Source: Armatimonadota bacterium (GTDB lineage Bacteria > Armatimonadota > UBA5829 > DSUL01). From it: a DNA stretch of 64,000 nt. Position numbers and translations under genes: made by a program. The DNA is taken from assembly GCA_039811685.1 (NCBI GenBank), contig JBDHZC010000006.1, positions 64,001-128,000 of the forward strand, written 5' to 3'. This document shows, piece after piece, positions 48,122 to 57,631 of the stretch (positions are counted from its first letter, which is position 1; each line of letters begins with the position of its first letter). Below the pieces are notes generated by a model. That model searched no databases and had not been told where the DNA came from. It saw only the letters and a program-made list of their open reading frames with translations.

Positions 48122-49693
48122 TTATGACTTCTCAGGCGGCTTCGAGTCGCCTTCGACAGATGTGGACGTTTGCCCGCCCTGCGACGCAGACCCCTCCAGG
48201 CCACCGCCTGACACTTCCGCGGCCAGATCCCGCCCGACGGCCAGGTACAGGTTTATGCGGGAGAGGTAGTAGCTGATTTGCGCTGACAGAAGGCTGCTCT
48301 TTACGCGCGCCAGAGACACCTGCGCATCCAGCAAGTCTCTATTGAGCCGCAAGCCCTCCTCCACCATCCGTTGCGCCGTTGTCAGATTCTTCTGCGCAAC
48401 GTCCAGATTTGCTTCGAGGATGTCAATGGAAGCCTCTGCCGCATCCATCGAACGCGTAGCTTCCAGAACTTCGTTCCTAATCTCCTGGCGCTGAAACTCC
48501 CGCTGCGTCAGGAGCTGATCCAGGCTTCGCGCTGCCATCAGCTTTCGCTCGCGGCGCGAGACGCTGCCCAAGGGCATGGTGTATTCGAGTCCGGCGGTCC
48601 AGCTTGTCGCAGACGTATAGCTGTCTGACCCGCCAAACCCCAGACCGGCTTTCGTGAAGCCCCCAACGGCATTTAACTGTGGCTGAAGTCCGTTCGAGGC
48701 GAGATCTAGATCCAGTCGCTGACGCTTGACGCCAATATCCACGACGGACAGATCTCTGCGCTTCTGGAGGGCTTCCTCTACCAGCTCCGCCGGGTTGAGC
48801 TTCACACGCTCCTGCGGAACCGTATCAATGAGATCGGGCTTTTGTCCCACTTTGAGTCCCATGCCAAGGAGCAGCGCGTCCAGCGCATCCTGATAAGCGC
48901 GCTTGCGCGACACCAGCTCATCCTCACTCTGCGCAAGCTGGATTTCCGCCTGTGAGACTTCGATCTCCGCCACAAGACCCTCTTCCAGTTTCCGCCGGGC
49001 CATACGCACGGTCTCTTTGGAGATTTCTATGTCGGATTCGCTGACCGCGATAAGGTCACGCGCGCGGACGGCCTGGAAATAGTTGCGCACCGTTGTTTGC
49101 ACGAGACTCTGACGCGCGAGAAAAAGTTGATCATCACTCATGAGCACGTCATACTCAGCGTTGGTGATGCCCACGGCCGTATCCGACAGGCTCCCCGCCC
49201 CCTGTATTAGAGGGCGGCGATAGCGAAGCTGCATCGTGGAGGTGTAATTTGAGGTGCTTGCAGGAATGACGGTCGCGCTCAGTGAGTCACCAGAGCGCAA
49301 CTTCCACGCCAGCTCACTGCCCGCGCTGGCGCTCATCTCCGCCGACCCGCCGCCGACTGAGCCTTGTGAGAGACCTGCAAATACGCTGGTAGTCCGCAGC
49401 TCACGCGCGCTCAAAAGTCCGGAGCGCGCTGCCAGATAGCTGACTCGAGACTGCTTGAGCTGAGGGCTGTTCTCAAGAGCCAGACGCACTGCTTCCTGCG
49501 CTGTGAGCTTTTGCGGAACAGGCGCCTGTGACAGTCCAGAGGCTTGTGAGGACTCGGCCACTGGAAAGGATAGGCCCTGCTGTGGTTGAGCATCCGTCGG
49601 CGCCGCCTGCACCGCCGGAGAAAGAAGCAAAAGCGCCAGTGAAATCAGATAAGCCAACGCACGCACTCCCAAAACTGATGCTCGCGCTTCCAC
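48122..49693 (-). CDS. TolC-family outer membrane protein
   Basis: AVRLALENSP, two OEP-like repeats, DLLDAQ. Confidence 0.88.
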   Translation of the reverse strand: MEARASVLGVRALAYLISLALLLLSPAVQAAPTDAQPQQGLSFPVAESSQASGLSQAPVPQKLTAQEAVRLALENSPQLKQSRVSYLAARSGLLSARELRTTSVFAGLSQGSVGGGSAEMSASAGSELAWKLRSGDSLSATVIPASTSNYTSTMQLRYRRPLIQGAGSLSDTAVGITNAEYDVLMSDDQLFLARQSLVQTTVRNYFQAVRARDLIAVSESDIEISKETVRMARRKLEEGLVAEIEVSQAEIQLAQSEDELVSRKRAYQDALDALLLGMGLKVGQKPDLIDTVPQERVKLNPAELVEEALQKRRDLSVVDIGVKRQRLDLDLASNGLQPQLNAVGGFTKAGLGFGGSDSYTSATSWTAGLEYTMPLGSVSRRERKLMAARSLDQLLTQREFQRQEIRNEVLEATRSMDAAEASIDILEANLDVAQKNLTTAQRMVEEGLRLNRDLLDAQVSLARVKSSLLSAQISYYLSRINLYLAVGRDLAAEVSGGGLEGSASQGGQTSTSVEGDSKPPEKS

Positions 49694-49869
49694 TCACCAA
49701 AGATGCGCCATCCACGAAGTTCTCGACACAACAGCGTTCTTCCTGTCACCGATTTGCGTGCAGACAACAGTGCGGCCCACAAAAACAAAGCGGCCAGCAG
49801 TACCCTCGCTGGCCGCTTCGAACTCACTATGCACATTTAGGACCCTGATGCTCATCCATGAGAGGGCGC

Positions 49870-50133
49870 CTAGTCCGCCAGCTTCAGCCCTGCCTTTCGA
49901 AGCTGCCTGGCTATCGCGGCGTTGTTTTCAATGATAAGCTGAGCGGCCAGTTCGGCCGAGTAGTCAAACATCCTTGACAGACACTCATTGGCATAGGACG
50001 ACAGAGCTCCTCTCACGTCTCTCGACTGCTGTGTGATGCGGTCGAGATCGGACAGGACAGCTCTGCGGAAGTCTGCCGCCAACGCTAACTTCAGCTCATC
50101 AGCCCGCCGTGTGGCGTCAATGCCCACTTTCAT
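49870..50133 (-). CDS. Small helical hypothetical protein
   Basis: 87 aa; AGGGAG RBS and own promoter. Confidence 0.65.
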   Translation of the reverse strand: MKVGIDATRRADELKLALAADFRRAVLSDLDRITQQSRDVRGALSSYANECLSRMFDYSAELAAQLIIENNAAIARQLRKAGLKLAD

Positions 50134-50237
50134 GTTTGATGCTCCCTACAACGATTACTCTTTCGGAGTGGGCGGCTCCATATAATGATCTTGAGGAGTT
50201 GGGCGGCTCCTCCTGTTATCTATGAGGAAAGTGCTCT

Positions 50238-50266
50238 ATTATAGATAGAGCCCACGGCGAAGGCAA
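50238..50266 (-). promoter_or_regulatory. Sigma70 promoter
   Basis: TTGCCT-17nt-TATAAT on minus strand. Confidence 0.7.
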
Positions 50267-50432
50267 GAGGTTGAGCAAAAAAACTGTGATTCAACAGCAG
50301 ATTTTTTGAGACAGACTGAGAGCCCCTGAGACGAGCCCGATCTGAGCCGGAGCATTTGAGCGCATATGAAGGGCGCCAGAAGCAAGCCCGACACCGACCA
50401 GAGGCGCCGGGCTTCAAAAGCTAATGCAGGAT

Positions 50433-51431
50433 CTACTTTGCGCCCGGGATGACCCAGGTGTGCATGCCTTGTGGCATATGGCATGATGCGCAACTCATCT
50501 CGGGTGTCAGCTTTGGATGCTTAGGACTGGCTACGTCGCTGGCGTGGCAACTGTTGCACAGCTCGGTCTGAGGCTTCTTCAGTTGAGCCGGCTTGTCCGA
50601 GCCTTTCCCGTGCATTTCGTGGCAGGTTATGCAGGTGACGCCCGCACCGGAGTGTTTGCTGTTCACCCACTCGTTGTACTGCTGCTTGTTACCAGGACCG
50701 TTGACCTTGTCCAGAACCAGGTAGCGGCCGAGATCGCTGCCCCACTTGTAACCCTTCGCGTAGCGCACCGTACCGTCAGTGCTTGCTCCGGTCGCGTGGC
50801 ACTGCCCGCAGATCATCGCCTGACGGGCGGGGGCGAGCGTCTTCGGATTTCCGATTTTCGTCCTGTCGGCCGTCTTGGCGTGTGCGCTGCCCGGACCATG
50901 ACATGCTTCGCACGTCACGCCGAGATCCGACCACGCGTGAGTCTGAGGATTGAAGCCTGTGGTATGTTTGGGAATAAGCTCTGTGGTAGCGTCAACGACA
51001 TCCTGCGGCTCCCACTTCGAGGCCGTCTTGTTCCACTTGCCTCTGAGAGTCTTCAGGTCTTTGTCCACGTATATCTGATAGGAGCCGTCGTTGACTATGT
51101 AAGCGACGTCAGCCTGACGGATGGGAGAGTCTTCGTCAAAGGTAGCGAGCATGGCTTTTGGCGTGTCGGCTTTCTGCATGGCATAAGGGTGTTTGGTCTT
51201 CACGAACGCCTCAACAACGGCCGGCGTCTGCACTTTGTGGCAGACCATACACACTTTGTCCATGCCAGCCGTATACGTGGCGTCGGCCGGCGGATCGGCA
51301 ATGGCCATATGCGCAACACCCAGCACAACTGCGCTCAACGTCACGCTACCCGCCACCGCCACTGCAAGCTTTGTCACTGGAGTCAGACCCACTCTGATAA
51401 CCTTTCCTCCGGTTAGAATGACAGGCAGCAA
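50433..51431 (-). CDS. Multiheme cytochrome c with six CxxCH (start may be GTG 51392)
   Basis: CMVCH, CEACH, CGQCH, CITCH, CNSCH, CASCH; signal or TM segment. Confidence 0.9.
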   Translation of the reverse strand: MLPVILTGGKVIRVGLTPVTKLAVAVAGSVTLSAVVLGVAHMAIADPPADATYTAGMDKVCMVCHKVQTPAVVEAFVKTKHPYAMQKADTPKAMLATFDEDSPIRQADVAYIVNDGSYQIYVDKDLKTLRGKWNKTASKWEPQDVVDATTELIPKHTTGFNPQTHAWSDLGVTCEACHGPGSAHAKTADRTKIGNPKTLAPARQAMICGQCHATGASTDGTVRYAKGYKWGSDLGRYLVLDKVNGPGNKQQYNEWVNSKHSGAGVTCITCHEMHGKGSDKPAQLKKPQTELCNSCHASDVASPKHPKLTPEMSCASCHMPQGMHTWVIPGAK

Positions 51432-51529
51432 GCCACCCGTCAGAGTACTTTCCCTTTAGCCTTAGACGCTCCCAAACCCTGCTTTCGGCGCGCTTGTATG
51501 TAGCTTTTCTGAGAACAAAATGAGACGGC

Positions 51530-52243
51530 TCAGTGCACTACGCGCAGCCAGTCCGCCAGAAGAAACCAGACACGGCCGATCAAGAGCGACATTCTGGCCA
51601 TAACGGTGGACCCGAACATTGCCCCGAACGCGAACATCAGCATCCAGCGACCAATGCGGGCTGAACCTCCAGCCGCCTTGTGTTTGTTGTAGTCGTAGCT
51701 AAAGAAAAAGTAGCTCAATACTGTGAGCAGCACAAAAACGAACACCGCGTTGTTGAGCGCCCCGGAAACTGAGAGTGACGCTTGCGGTGTGTGGGGCGCG
51801 ATTGAGGCGGCGGTCCCAGCAGCGACGGCGTAGCTGTGATGCGGCCACAAAGGCTTCAGGCTGGCGACAATCTTGGGGAAGTTGTTGCCAGCAAAATCCT
51901 GGAACATGAAGCCAACCGCCAGCCCCATGACAATGCCGAAAGCCAGGCGGCTGATCCAGTTGTGCTTCTGGGAATAGATGAAGTAGAACATCCCGCCCCC
52001 AACAAGCGCAAACGCCCACCACCACTGCCCCTGATCCCACATCGGGACCCACCACTTCGGGATGAGCACCTCCGAGACAATCAGAAACAGCCCATAGCCA
52101 ACCGCCAGCCCCAGATAGAAATGCTCGAAGACGCGATAGACCACGTTTTCGCGGTACAGGAATGTGTAGATCGCCAGCGTGCAAATGGCCCCTGCCCAGA
52201 TGATGGCCCTCTCGCCGGTAAGCAGATGCAGCAGATCGCTCAT
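51530..52243 (-). CDS. Conserved hypothetical polytopic membrane protein
   Basis: FLYRENVVYRVFEH, IGRWMLMFAFGAMFG.TVMARMSLLIGR; ATGA coupling. Confidence 0.8.
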   Translation of the reverse strand: MSDLLHLLTGERAIIWAGAICTLAIYTFLYRENVVYRVFEHFYLGLAVGYGLFLIVSEVLIPKWWVPMWDQGQWWWAFALVGGGMFYFIYSQKHNWISRLAFGIVMGLAVGFMFQDFAGNNFPKIVASLKPLWPHHSYAVAAGTAASIAPHTPQASLSVSGALNNAVFVFVLLTVLSYFFFSYDYNKHKAAGGSARIGRWMLMFAFGAMFGSTVMARMSLLIGRVWFLLADWLRVVH

Positions 52244-53073
52244 GAGGACGCGCCTTTTGCGGCACGGGAAAGAAAGTAGCCGGCGTTGGCCAAAACGACA
52301 AGCCCAATCATCAATAGCTCGGCAAATGACAGCGAGTTGCTCCAGCGAAGTCCATTGCCTGGAATTCCCAGCAACTTCTCATACTGAGCCGCTCCGACCA
52401 TGCCGGGCAGCATACCGACGATCTGATTGGCGTCCAGAGGATCGTATCCCTGTGCCACCATAACTGCCGTAGGCGCATAACCAAGTGGAACGCCGTAGGC
52501 CTCGTGCGCAAATGCAATCAGGTCGCTGATGCCTCCAACAGGCGTGATGTGCGCAATGAAGCCGACATCGCGAATCGTCTTGATGCCGCGCATAGCCTTG
52601 AGCTTCTCAATCGGCACGCCTTTGTAGTCCTGTTTTACAGTTGCGGGAAGGTTCTTGCCCAACCCCTTGAAAAACGACGGCAGAGGCACGACACGCCAAC
52701 CCCAGTTCACCCAGTCATCTCCGTACTTCTTCCCCTCCTTTTGCGCAATCTTCTCCGCCAGGTTCTCCATCAAAGTGGACGTCTGGGGCGCGAAAGGCAG
52801 GATCGCAAAGGGGATGTTGCGGCGAAAGAGGTGCGTCATCAGAGCTGCTGTCTGCGGCTGGCTTTCGGCAATAGTGCCTGCCCCCCAGTCTCCCGTAAGA
52901 ATGGCGATCTGACCGTGGGGGATGTGCTCAACTGTGTCATAAACGCCCTGGACTTCCGGGTTCACGACTGTGGGCATCTGAAACCGGACAAACATCGGGA
53001 TAGCGACGACGACAACCAGCAGCAGATACATAATCCGCCGGTCAATTGTCTGGATAGCAAGAAGGTATTTCAT
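52240..53073 (-). CDS. Conserved hypothetical membrane protein
   Basis: IDRRIMY + TM, soluble domain, KYGDDWVNWG, GMVGAAQYE, C-terminal TM. Confidence 0.8.
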   Translation of the reverse strand: MKYLLAIQTIDRRIMYLLLVVVVAIPMFVRFQMPTVVNPEVQGVYDTVEHIPHGQIAILTGDWGAGTIAESQPQTAALMTHLFRRNIPFAILPFAPQTSTLMENLAEKIAQKEGKKYGDDWVNWGWRVVPLPSFFKGLGKNLPATVKQDYKGVPIEKLKAMRGIKTIRDVGFIAHITPVGGISDLIAFAHEAYGVPLGYAPTAVMVAQGYDPLDANQIVGMLPGMVGAAQYEKLLGIPGNGLRWSNSLSFAELLMIGLVVLANAGYFLSRAAKGASS

Positions 53074-53076
53074 CTC

Positions 53077-53994
53077 TTAGACGTCGCGCTCAAAGTAGCT
53101 GCCACGCTCGAGGGAGAGCCAGATGCGAAGGCCAGTCGCCAGCATGCCCACCGCGAGTCCAAAATTGATACCCCTCTGCGCCGCTGCGTTCGGCTGTCTC
53201 AGAACCCATTGCCCAACGCGCTCGATTCTCAGATTTGACAACAGACCATGATCCGGCAGCCAGCTTGTCAGCCATGCGCCGACCGGAATCTGGCTCAGCA
53301 TCACCAGAAGCGCCGCAGCCATCATAATGCTGGCTTCGAAGCTGCGGATGCGAAAGGCGCGGTACGCTGCTGAGATAATAAAGAAGGCAATTAACGAGAA
53401 CATTGCGGCGTCGAGCTGGAAGAACAGCCCGCTCGTCGCGAACGCAAAGAGGTCCGGAATTCCAGAAAATTGCTTGAGATATCCGGCAAAGATCATGAAC
53501 GCCAGCCCGAGAAAGAAGAATGAACTGGCAAATGCGCCCTTGGTGACGTGGACGACGTTTCGGAAGTGAAGGTGGATCAGATTCCACAATCCCAGCGCGA
53601 AAGTAAACGCCCCGATAACCTGCCAGACCGTATTGACATTCTCCAGATACAAAGACAGCCAGTTCTCATCAGGCGCCAGACGCGAGTTGGACGCCAGAGG
53701 GCGCAAGAACCACCCGAACAGAGCGCTCATCGTCCGGTTCCACGGGGAGTGAGAGGCGAGCACCGTCTCTGCAGTTGCTTTCGGTGGCAGGAGAAACTCC
53801 AGGCTGAAGTACAGGCCGGCAATGAACGTGGCGGAGACGATCAGGGGCTTGCGGAAGCGCTTGGGTGTCTGCGTCAACAGAGCTATGAAGAGGCCGCCAG
53901 CGAACAGGCATCCGGCAATGTAGAGCGCGTTGAGTTTGTGATTGGGCTGCGCCTGGAAAAACGCCCCCAGCGGCAGTGCAAGACCTGTGCTCAT
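53077..53994 (-). CDS. Conserved hypothetical polytopic membrane protein
   Basis: MFSLIAFFIISAAYRAFRIRSFEA, PNAAAQRGI; ATGA coupling. Confidence 0.8.
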   Translation of the reverse strand: MSTGLALPLGAFFQAQPNHKLNALYIAGCLFAGGLFIALLTQTPKRFRKPLIVSATFIAGLYFSLEFLLPPKATAETVLASHSPWNRTMSALFGWFLRPLASNSRLAPDENWLSLYLENVNTVWQVIGAFTFALGLWNLIHLHFRNVVHVTKGAFASSFFFLGLAFMIFAGYLKQFSGIPDLFAFATSGLFFQLDAAMFSLIAFFIISAAYRAFRIRSFEASIMMAAALLVMLSQIPVGAWLTSWLPDHGLLSNLRIERVGQWVLRQPNAAAQRGINFGLAVGMLATGLRIWLSLERGSYFERDV

Positions 53995-54827
53995 CCGCCC
54001 ACCGGGAGTGAAAAGAATTCGACGACTTTCAGCAGAGCCGCTGGCCAGTGCCGATCAAGCCCGAGCTGCGCTCCCAAAGCTGTGCCACCCGAGATTCCCG
54101 CCACAGTGACCGAGATAACCCCCAGAACGACACATGCGATAAGCACCAGCTTGGCCCAGTCCTGCCCAACGAGGCTTCCGAGCAGGGTCGGCTCTTTGGA
54201 GAGGTAAGCGCTTCCCGCGTAGTACTCATCTCCAATAATTGTGTAATCACATGCGGCGATGAAGAACGGAAGCTGCGCAGTCTCCGGCGTCCCGGCTACC
54301 TGGATCGCGCCCACATGGTGCCCCGTCTCCGCCAGAATGAGCGACTCAGCAAAGAAGTTGCCAAAGTAAAAACAGCTCGCCACACGCTCCCTCGTCATGA
54401 CGCCCACGGAGGCTGACGCATACGCAAACTGCTGGTCGGAGAGAAACTGGATGTCCTGGGGTTCGTACAACTCAGGCGTTCCTTCGTGCGTGTAGGCTTC
54501 CCGCGCGACTTCCTGAGCGATCGTGAAAAGCACCGCATCTGCCAGCGCAACAATAACCCGCGTCCGGAACTTCGCAGCCAGCCGCAAAATGTGCGACAAA
54601 ATGGACATTGACTGCAGCCCGACGATATTGAGTCCCTGAATGCCTGGAGAGTAGAAGATCGCCCGCCCCATTTCAGTCGCGCGCCCGACAGCTTCGTCAA
54701 TGGCCTGCAGCCCCGGAATCTTTCTAATGAACAGCTCCGCGCCGCGACGCGCGGACACAATCTTGTAAAGAATCAAAAAGCACAGAATGAACTCGATCAG
54801 AGCAACAGAGAGATTGGCGTGCTTCAC
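53991..54827 (-). CDS. DUF6754-like membrane protein
   Basis: IRKIPGLQAIDEAVGRATEMGR, AESLILAE.G, QLPFFIAACDYTIIGDE.YA.SAYL (family recalled from memory). Confidence 0.75.
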   Translation of the reverse strand: MKHANLSVALIEFILCFLILYKIVSARRGAELFIRKIPGLQAIDEAVGRATEMGRAIFYSPGIQGLNIVGLQSMSILSHILRLAAKFRTRVIVALADAVLFTIAQEVAREAYTHEGTPELYEPQDIQFLSDQQFAYASASVGVMTRERVASCFYFGNFFAESLILAETGHHVGAIQVAGTPETAQLPFFIAACDYTIIGDEYYAGSAYLSKEPTLLGSLVGQDWAKLVLIACVVLGVISVTVAGISGGTALGAQLGLDRHWPAALLKVVEFFSLPVGG

Positions 54828-55123
54828 GTCGCTTCCTTTACCCGCGCCGCGTGCATCGCTTCGATATGACCGATCAGCCTTTCAGCGCCTCCGTCCTGGT
54901 ACATCAGTCTTGAAAACTCTCCCACACCGTCCAGCCCAAAGACCGGCGCCAGCACGGGTGAGGCCACAAGCAGCGCCTGTCCGGCCAATCGGGATAGGGG
55001 GCGGTGCATATCAAGGAACAGAATTGCCGGTGTGGCCAGGCCAAGCCGGACAACTCTGCGGGCAATCCTGCGGCACAGCTCCTCGGCCTGCTCCGGCGCC
55101 AGCGGCTCATTCAGATCAATCAA
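54824..55123 (-). CDS. Small hypothetical protein
   Basis: GLATPAILFLDMHRPL; coupled to both neighbours; start approximate. Confidence 0.7.
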   Translation of the reverse strand: MIDLNEPLAPEQAEELCRRIARRVVRLGLATPAILFLDMHRPLSRLAGQALLVASPVLAPVFGLDGVGEFSRLMYQDGGAERLIGHIEAMHAARVKEAT

Positions 55124-55586
55124 CGGCGGCCGCTTCCTGACTTCGGCAGCGCTGCACAACATCCAGCACTTCCTGCCGGTTCCCAGCAAACCGAAGAAAA
55201 ACTCCGCGGTAAACCTCCCTGCGAGAGCGAACGCTCAGAGGAGATAGCTTCACGCCATCGCCTGCCAGCCATATTCTGCGCACGTTCTCCCAGCCGATTT
55301 CGCTGCGAGAAAACAGACAGCGAGCGCCCGCGCTCTTCGCGCTGATGAAGTAGTGCACGGGAAATAGATAGTCAGCCACAGAAGCCACAATGGCAGCCCC
55401 CACCACAACCGCAGCGCCCCAGCCGAACATGGAGGCTCCTGCCCAGCCTGCGACCAGAACGCAGCCTATCACCACGGGTAGGCGGCGCGGGTCTTCTCTG
55501 AGCCGGTGCGTACTCCACTGCAGCACAGGCACGTGCGCGCATGGACTAAGGGTTTCTAATTCGAGAGTTGTGTGGCAATCTGACAT
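55116..55586 (-). CDS. Hypothetical two-TM protein
   Basis: Two TM segments then GVKLSP...YRGVFLRF. Confidence 0.7.
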   Translation of the reverse strand: MSDCHTTLELETLSPCAHVPVLQWSTHRLREDPRRLPVVIGCVLVAGWAGASMFGWGAAVVVGAAIVASVADYLFPVHYFISAKSAGARCLFSRSEIGWENVRRIWLAGDGVKLSPLSVRSRREVYRGVFLRFAGNRQEVLDVVQRCRSQEAAAVD

Positions 55587-55714
55587 AGTCTGAGCAAGAA
55601 GTCAGTAGACCGCGAAAGCGCGTTGGCGCAAATACTCCCGCGTGGTGTTGGACACAGGATTCTATCTGCGCACGCAAAATCCCTGCAATCTCATCCGAGA
55701 CGTTTTGCCAGCCG

Positions 55715-57625
55715 CTAGCGTTTGTGAGAATCGGCGGTGCGAGCGCACAAACTCATCGCCCGATCCACAATCTGCAGGACGCTCAACCCGCATTCCTGTT
55801 TTTGCCTGTCCGGAGAATCGTGCTCGATAAACCGGTCGGGCACGCCAATTCGCGCCACGGAGCAGTGCGGAGAGCTTTCTGACAAGAGTTCGGCCACAGC
55901 ACTGCCAAACCCGCCGACGACGCTGTTCTCCTCCAGCACAACAACGCGTCCACACTTCTGGGCGGCAGCGCGAATCCGCTGCTCATCCAGCGGTTTGACA
56001 AACAGCGCATTGATCACTTCCGAGGAGACTCCACGCGTGGCAAGCTGCTCAGCGGCCTCCTGCGCAAGCGGAACCGTGGACCCTACAGCGACAATAGCAA
56101 GGTCCTCACCAGTTCGCAGAGTCTGACCACGCCCGATCACCAGAGGCCTTGGGACGCGCTTCTCCCACTCCTGCGGGCACGCTCCTCTCGGATAGCGAAT
56201 GGCAATCGGGCCATCGTGCTGCATAGCCGTCAAAAGCATATCCCCGAGTTCGTTCGCCGTGGAGGGCGCCATTATGACCATGCGGGGCATCAGGCGCAGG
56301 TACGAAAGGTCAAATACGCCGTGGTGTGTCGGGCCATCGTCACCCACCAGCCCAGCGCGATCCAGACAGAAGACAACTGGCAGGTTCTGGATGCACACGT
56401 CGTGCAGCACCTGATCAAACGCGCGCTGCAGGAAGGTGGAATAGATAGCGACAACCGGGCGCATGCCCGCTGCAGCCAGCGACCCGGCAAAGGTGACGGC
56501 GTGCTGTTCCGCGATAGCAACGTCAAAAAACCGCTCTGGGAAGCGCTGCGCAAAACCCGTCAGACCCGTTCCATCCGGCATGGCAGCCGTTATCGCGACG
56601 ACGCGCTGATCATCGGCGGCAATATCCTCCAGATACTCGGCAAAAACTTTGGTCCAGGTCGGGTTCCCGGACTTCTTCTCCATCTTCCCGCTTTCGGTGT
56701 CAAAGGGCGTTACGCCGTGGAAGCACCGGGCGTCGTTCTCCGCATACTCACAGCCCTTGCCTTTCACCGTAACCACATGCACCAGCACAGGCCCTTTGAG
56801 CGCCTTGACTCCTTCAAAGACCTCTATCAGCGTTTCCGTGTCGTGCCCATCAATAGGCCCGACATACGTGAAGCCCAGATGCTCAAAGACCGGACCGTCC
56901 TTCGGAGAAACCAGATGCGCCATCCCCAGCTTGAGCCCCTCCGCAGCCTGGTGGATGGCCCGGCTGCCCACTGGCATGTGCTCAACGATGCCTTTCGCCC
57001 GCTGCTCGATCTCTTGCACAAAGGGCCGGGATCGCAGACGGGCAAAGTGTGTTGAGAGCGCACCGACAGCCTCCGCAATGGACATGGAATTGTCGTTGAG
57101 GATCACGGTCATGTCCGTTTTGAGCTGCCCGGCGTGATTGAGCGCCTCTATGGCCATTCCAGAAGTGAGAGCGGAGTCGCCAACGACAGCGACGACATCC
57201 TCGTGAGTGCCCTTGAGGTCGCGGGCCTGGGCGTATCCCAGCGCTGCTGAGATGGCCGTCCCGGCGTGTCCGGCCCCAAAGGCATCGTAGGGACTCTCCT
57301 CCATGCGGCAGAAACCCGAGAGCCCCCCGCCCTGTCGAATCGAGTGGAACTGGTCTCTTCGGCCGGTCAGCAGTTTGTGAGGGTAGGACTGGTGTCCAGT
57401 GTCGAAGATGATGGTGTCTGTGGGCGCATTCCAGACTGTATGGATCGCGATAGTCAACTCTGAGCATCCGAGATTGCTCGCAAGATGGCCGCCGTTCTTG
57501 GAGACGACGCCAAGCACCTGTTCCCGGATCTCCTCAGCCAGTGTTTTCCGCTCCGCTGGCGTCAGCTCTTTGAGATCTGCGGGAGATTCAATCCGTCCCA
57601 AGACACTTTTTCTCTCGTGTGACAT
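55715..57625 (-). CDS. dxs: 1-deoxy-D-xylulose-5-phosphate synthase
   Basis: GGHLASNLG, DTGHQSYPHK, GDSA..GMA.EALN, IAEQH, YSTFLQR, DGPTHHG. Confidence 0.97.
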   Translation of the reverse strand: MSHERKSVLGRIESPADLKELTPAERKTLAEEIREQVLGVVSKNGGHLASNLGCSELTIAIHTVWNAPTDTIIFDTGHQSYPHKLLTGRRDQFHSIRQGGGLSGFCRMEESPYDAFGAGHAGTAISAALGYAQARDLKGTHEDVVAVVGDSALTSGMAIEALNHAGQLKTDMTVILNDNSMSIAEAVGALSTHFARLRSRPFVQEIEQRAKGIVEHMPVGSRAIHQAAEGLKLGMAHLVSPKDGPVFEHLGFTYVGPIDGHDTETLIEVFEGVKALKGPVLVHVVTVKGKGCEYAENDARCFHGVTPFDTESGKMEKKSGNPTWTKVFAEYLEDIAADDQRVVAITAAMPDGTGLTGFAQRFPERFFDVAIAEQHAVTFAGSLAAAGMRPVVAIYSTFLQRAFDQVLHDVCIQNLPVVFCLDRAGLVGDDGPTHHGVFDLSYLRLMPRMVIMAPSTANELGDMLLTAMQHDGPIAIRYPRGACPQEWEKRVPRPLVIGRGQTLRTGEDLAIVAVGSTVPLAQEAAEQLATRGVSSEVINALFVKPLDEQRIRAAAQKCGRVVVLEENSVVGGFGSAVAELLSESSPHCSVARIGVPDRFIEHDSPDRQKQECGLSVLQIVDRAMSLCARTADSHKR

Positions 57626-57631
57626 AAGGCT

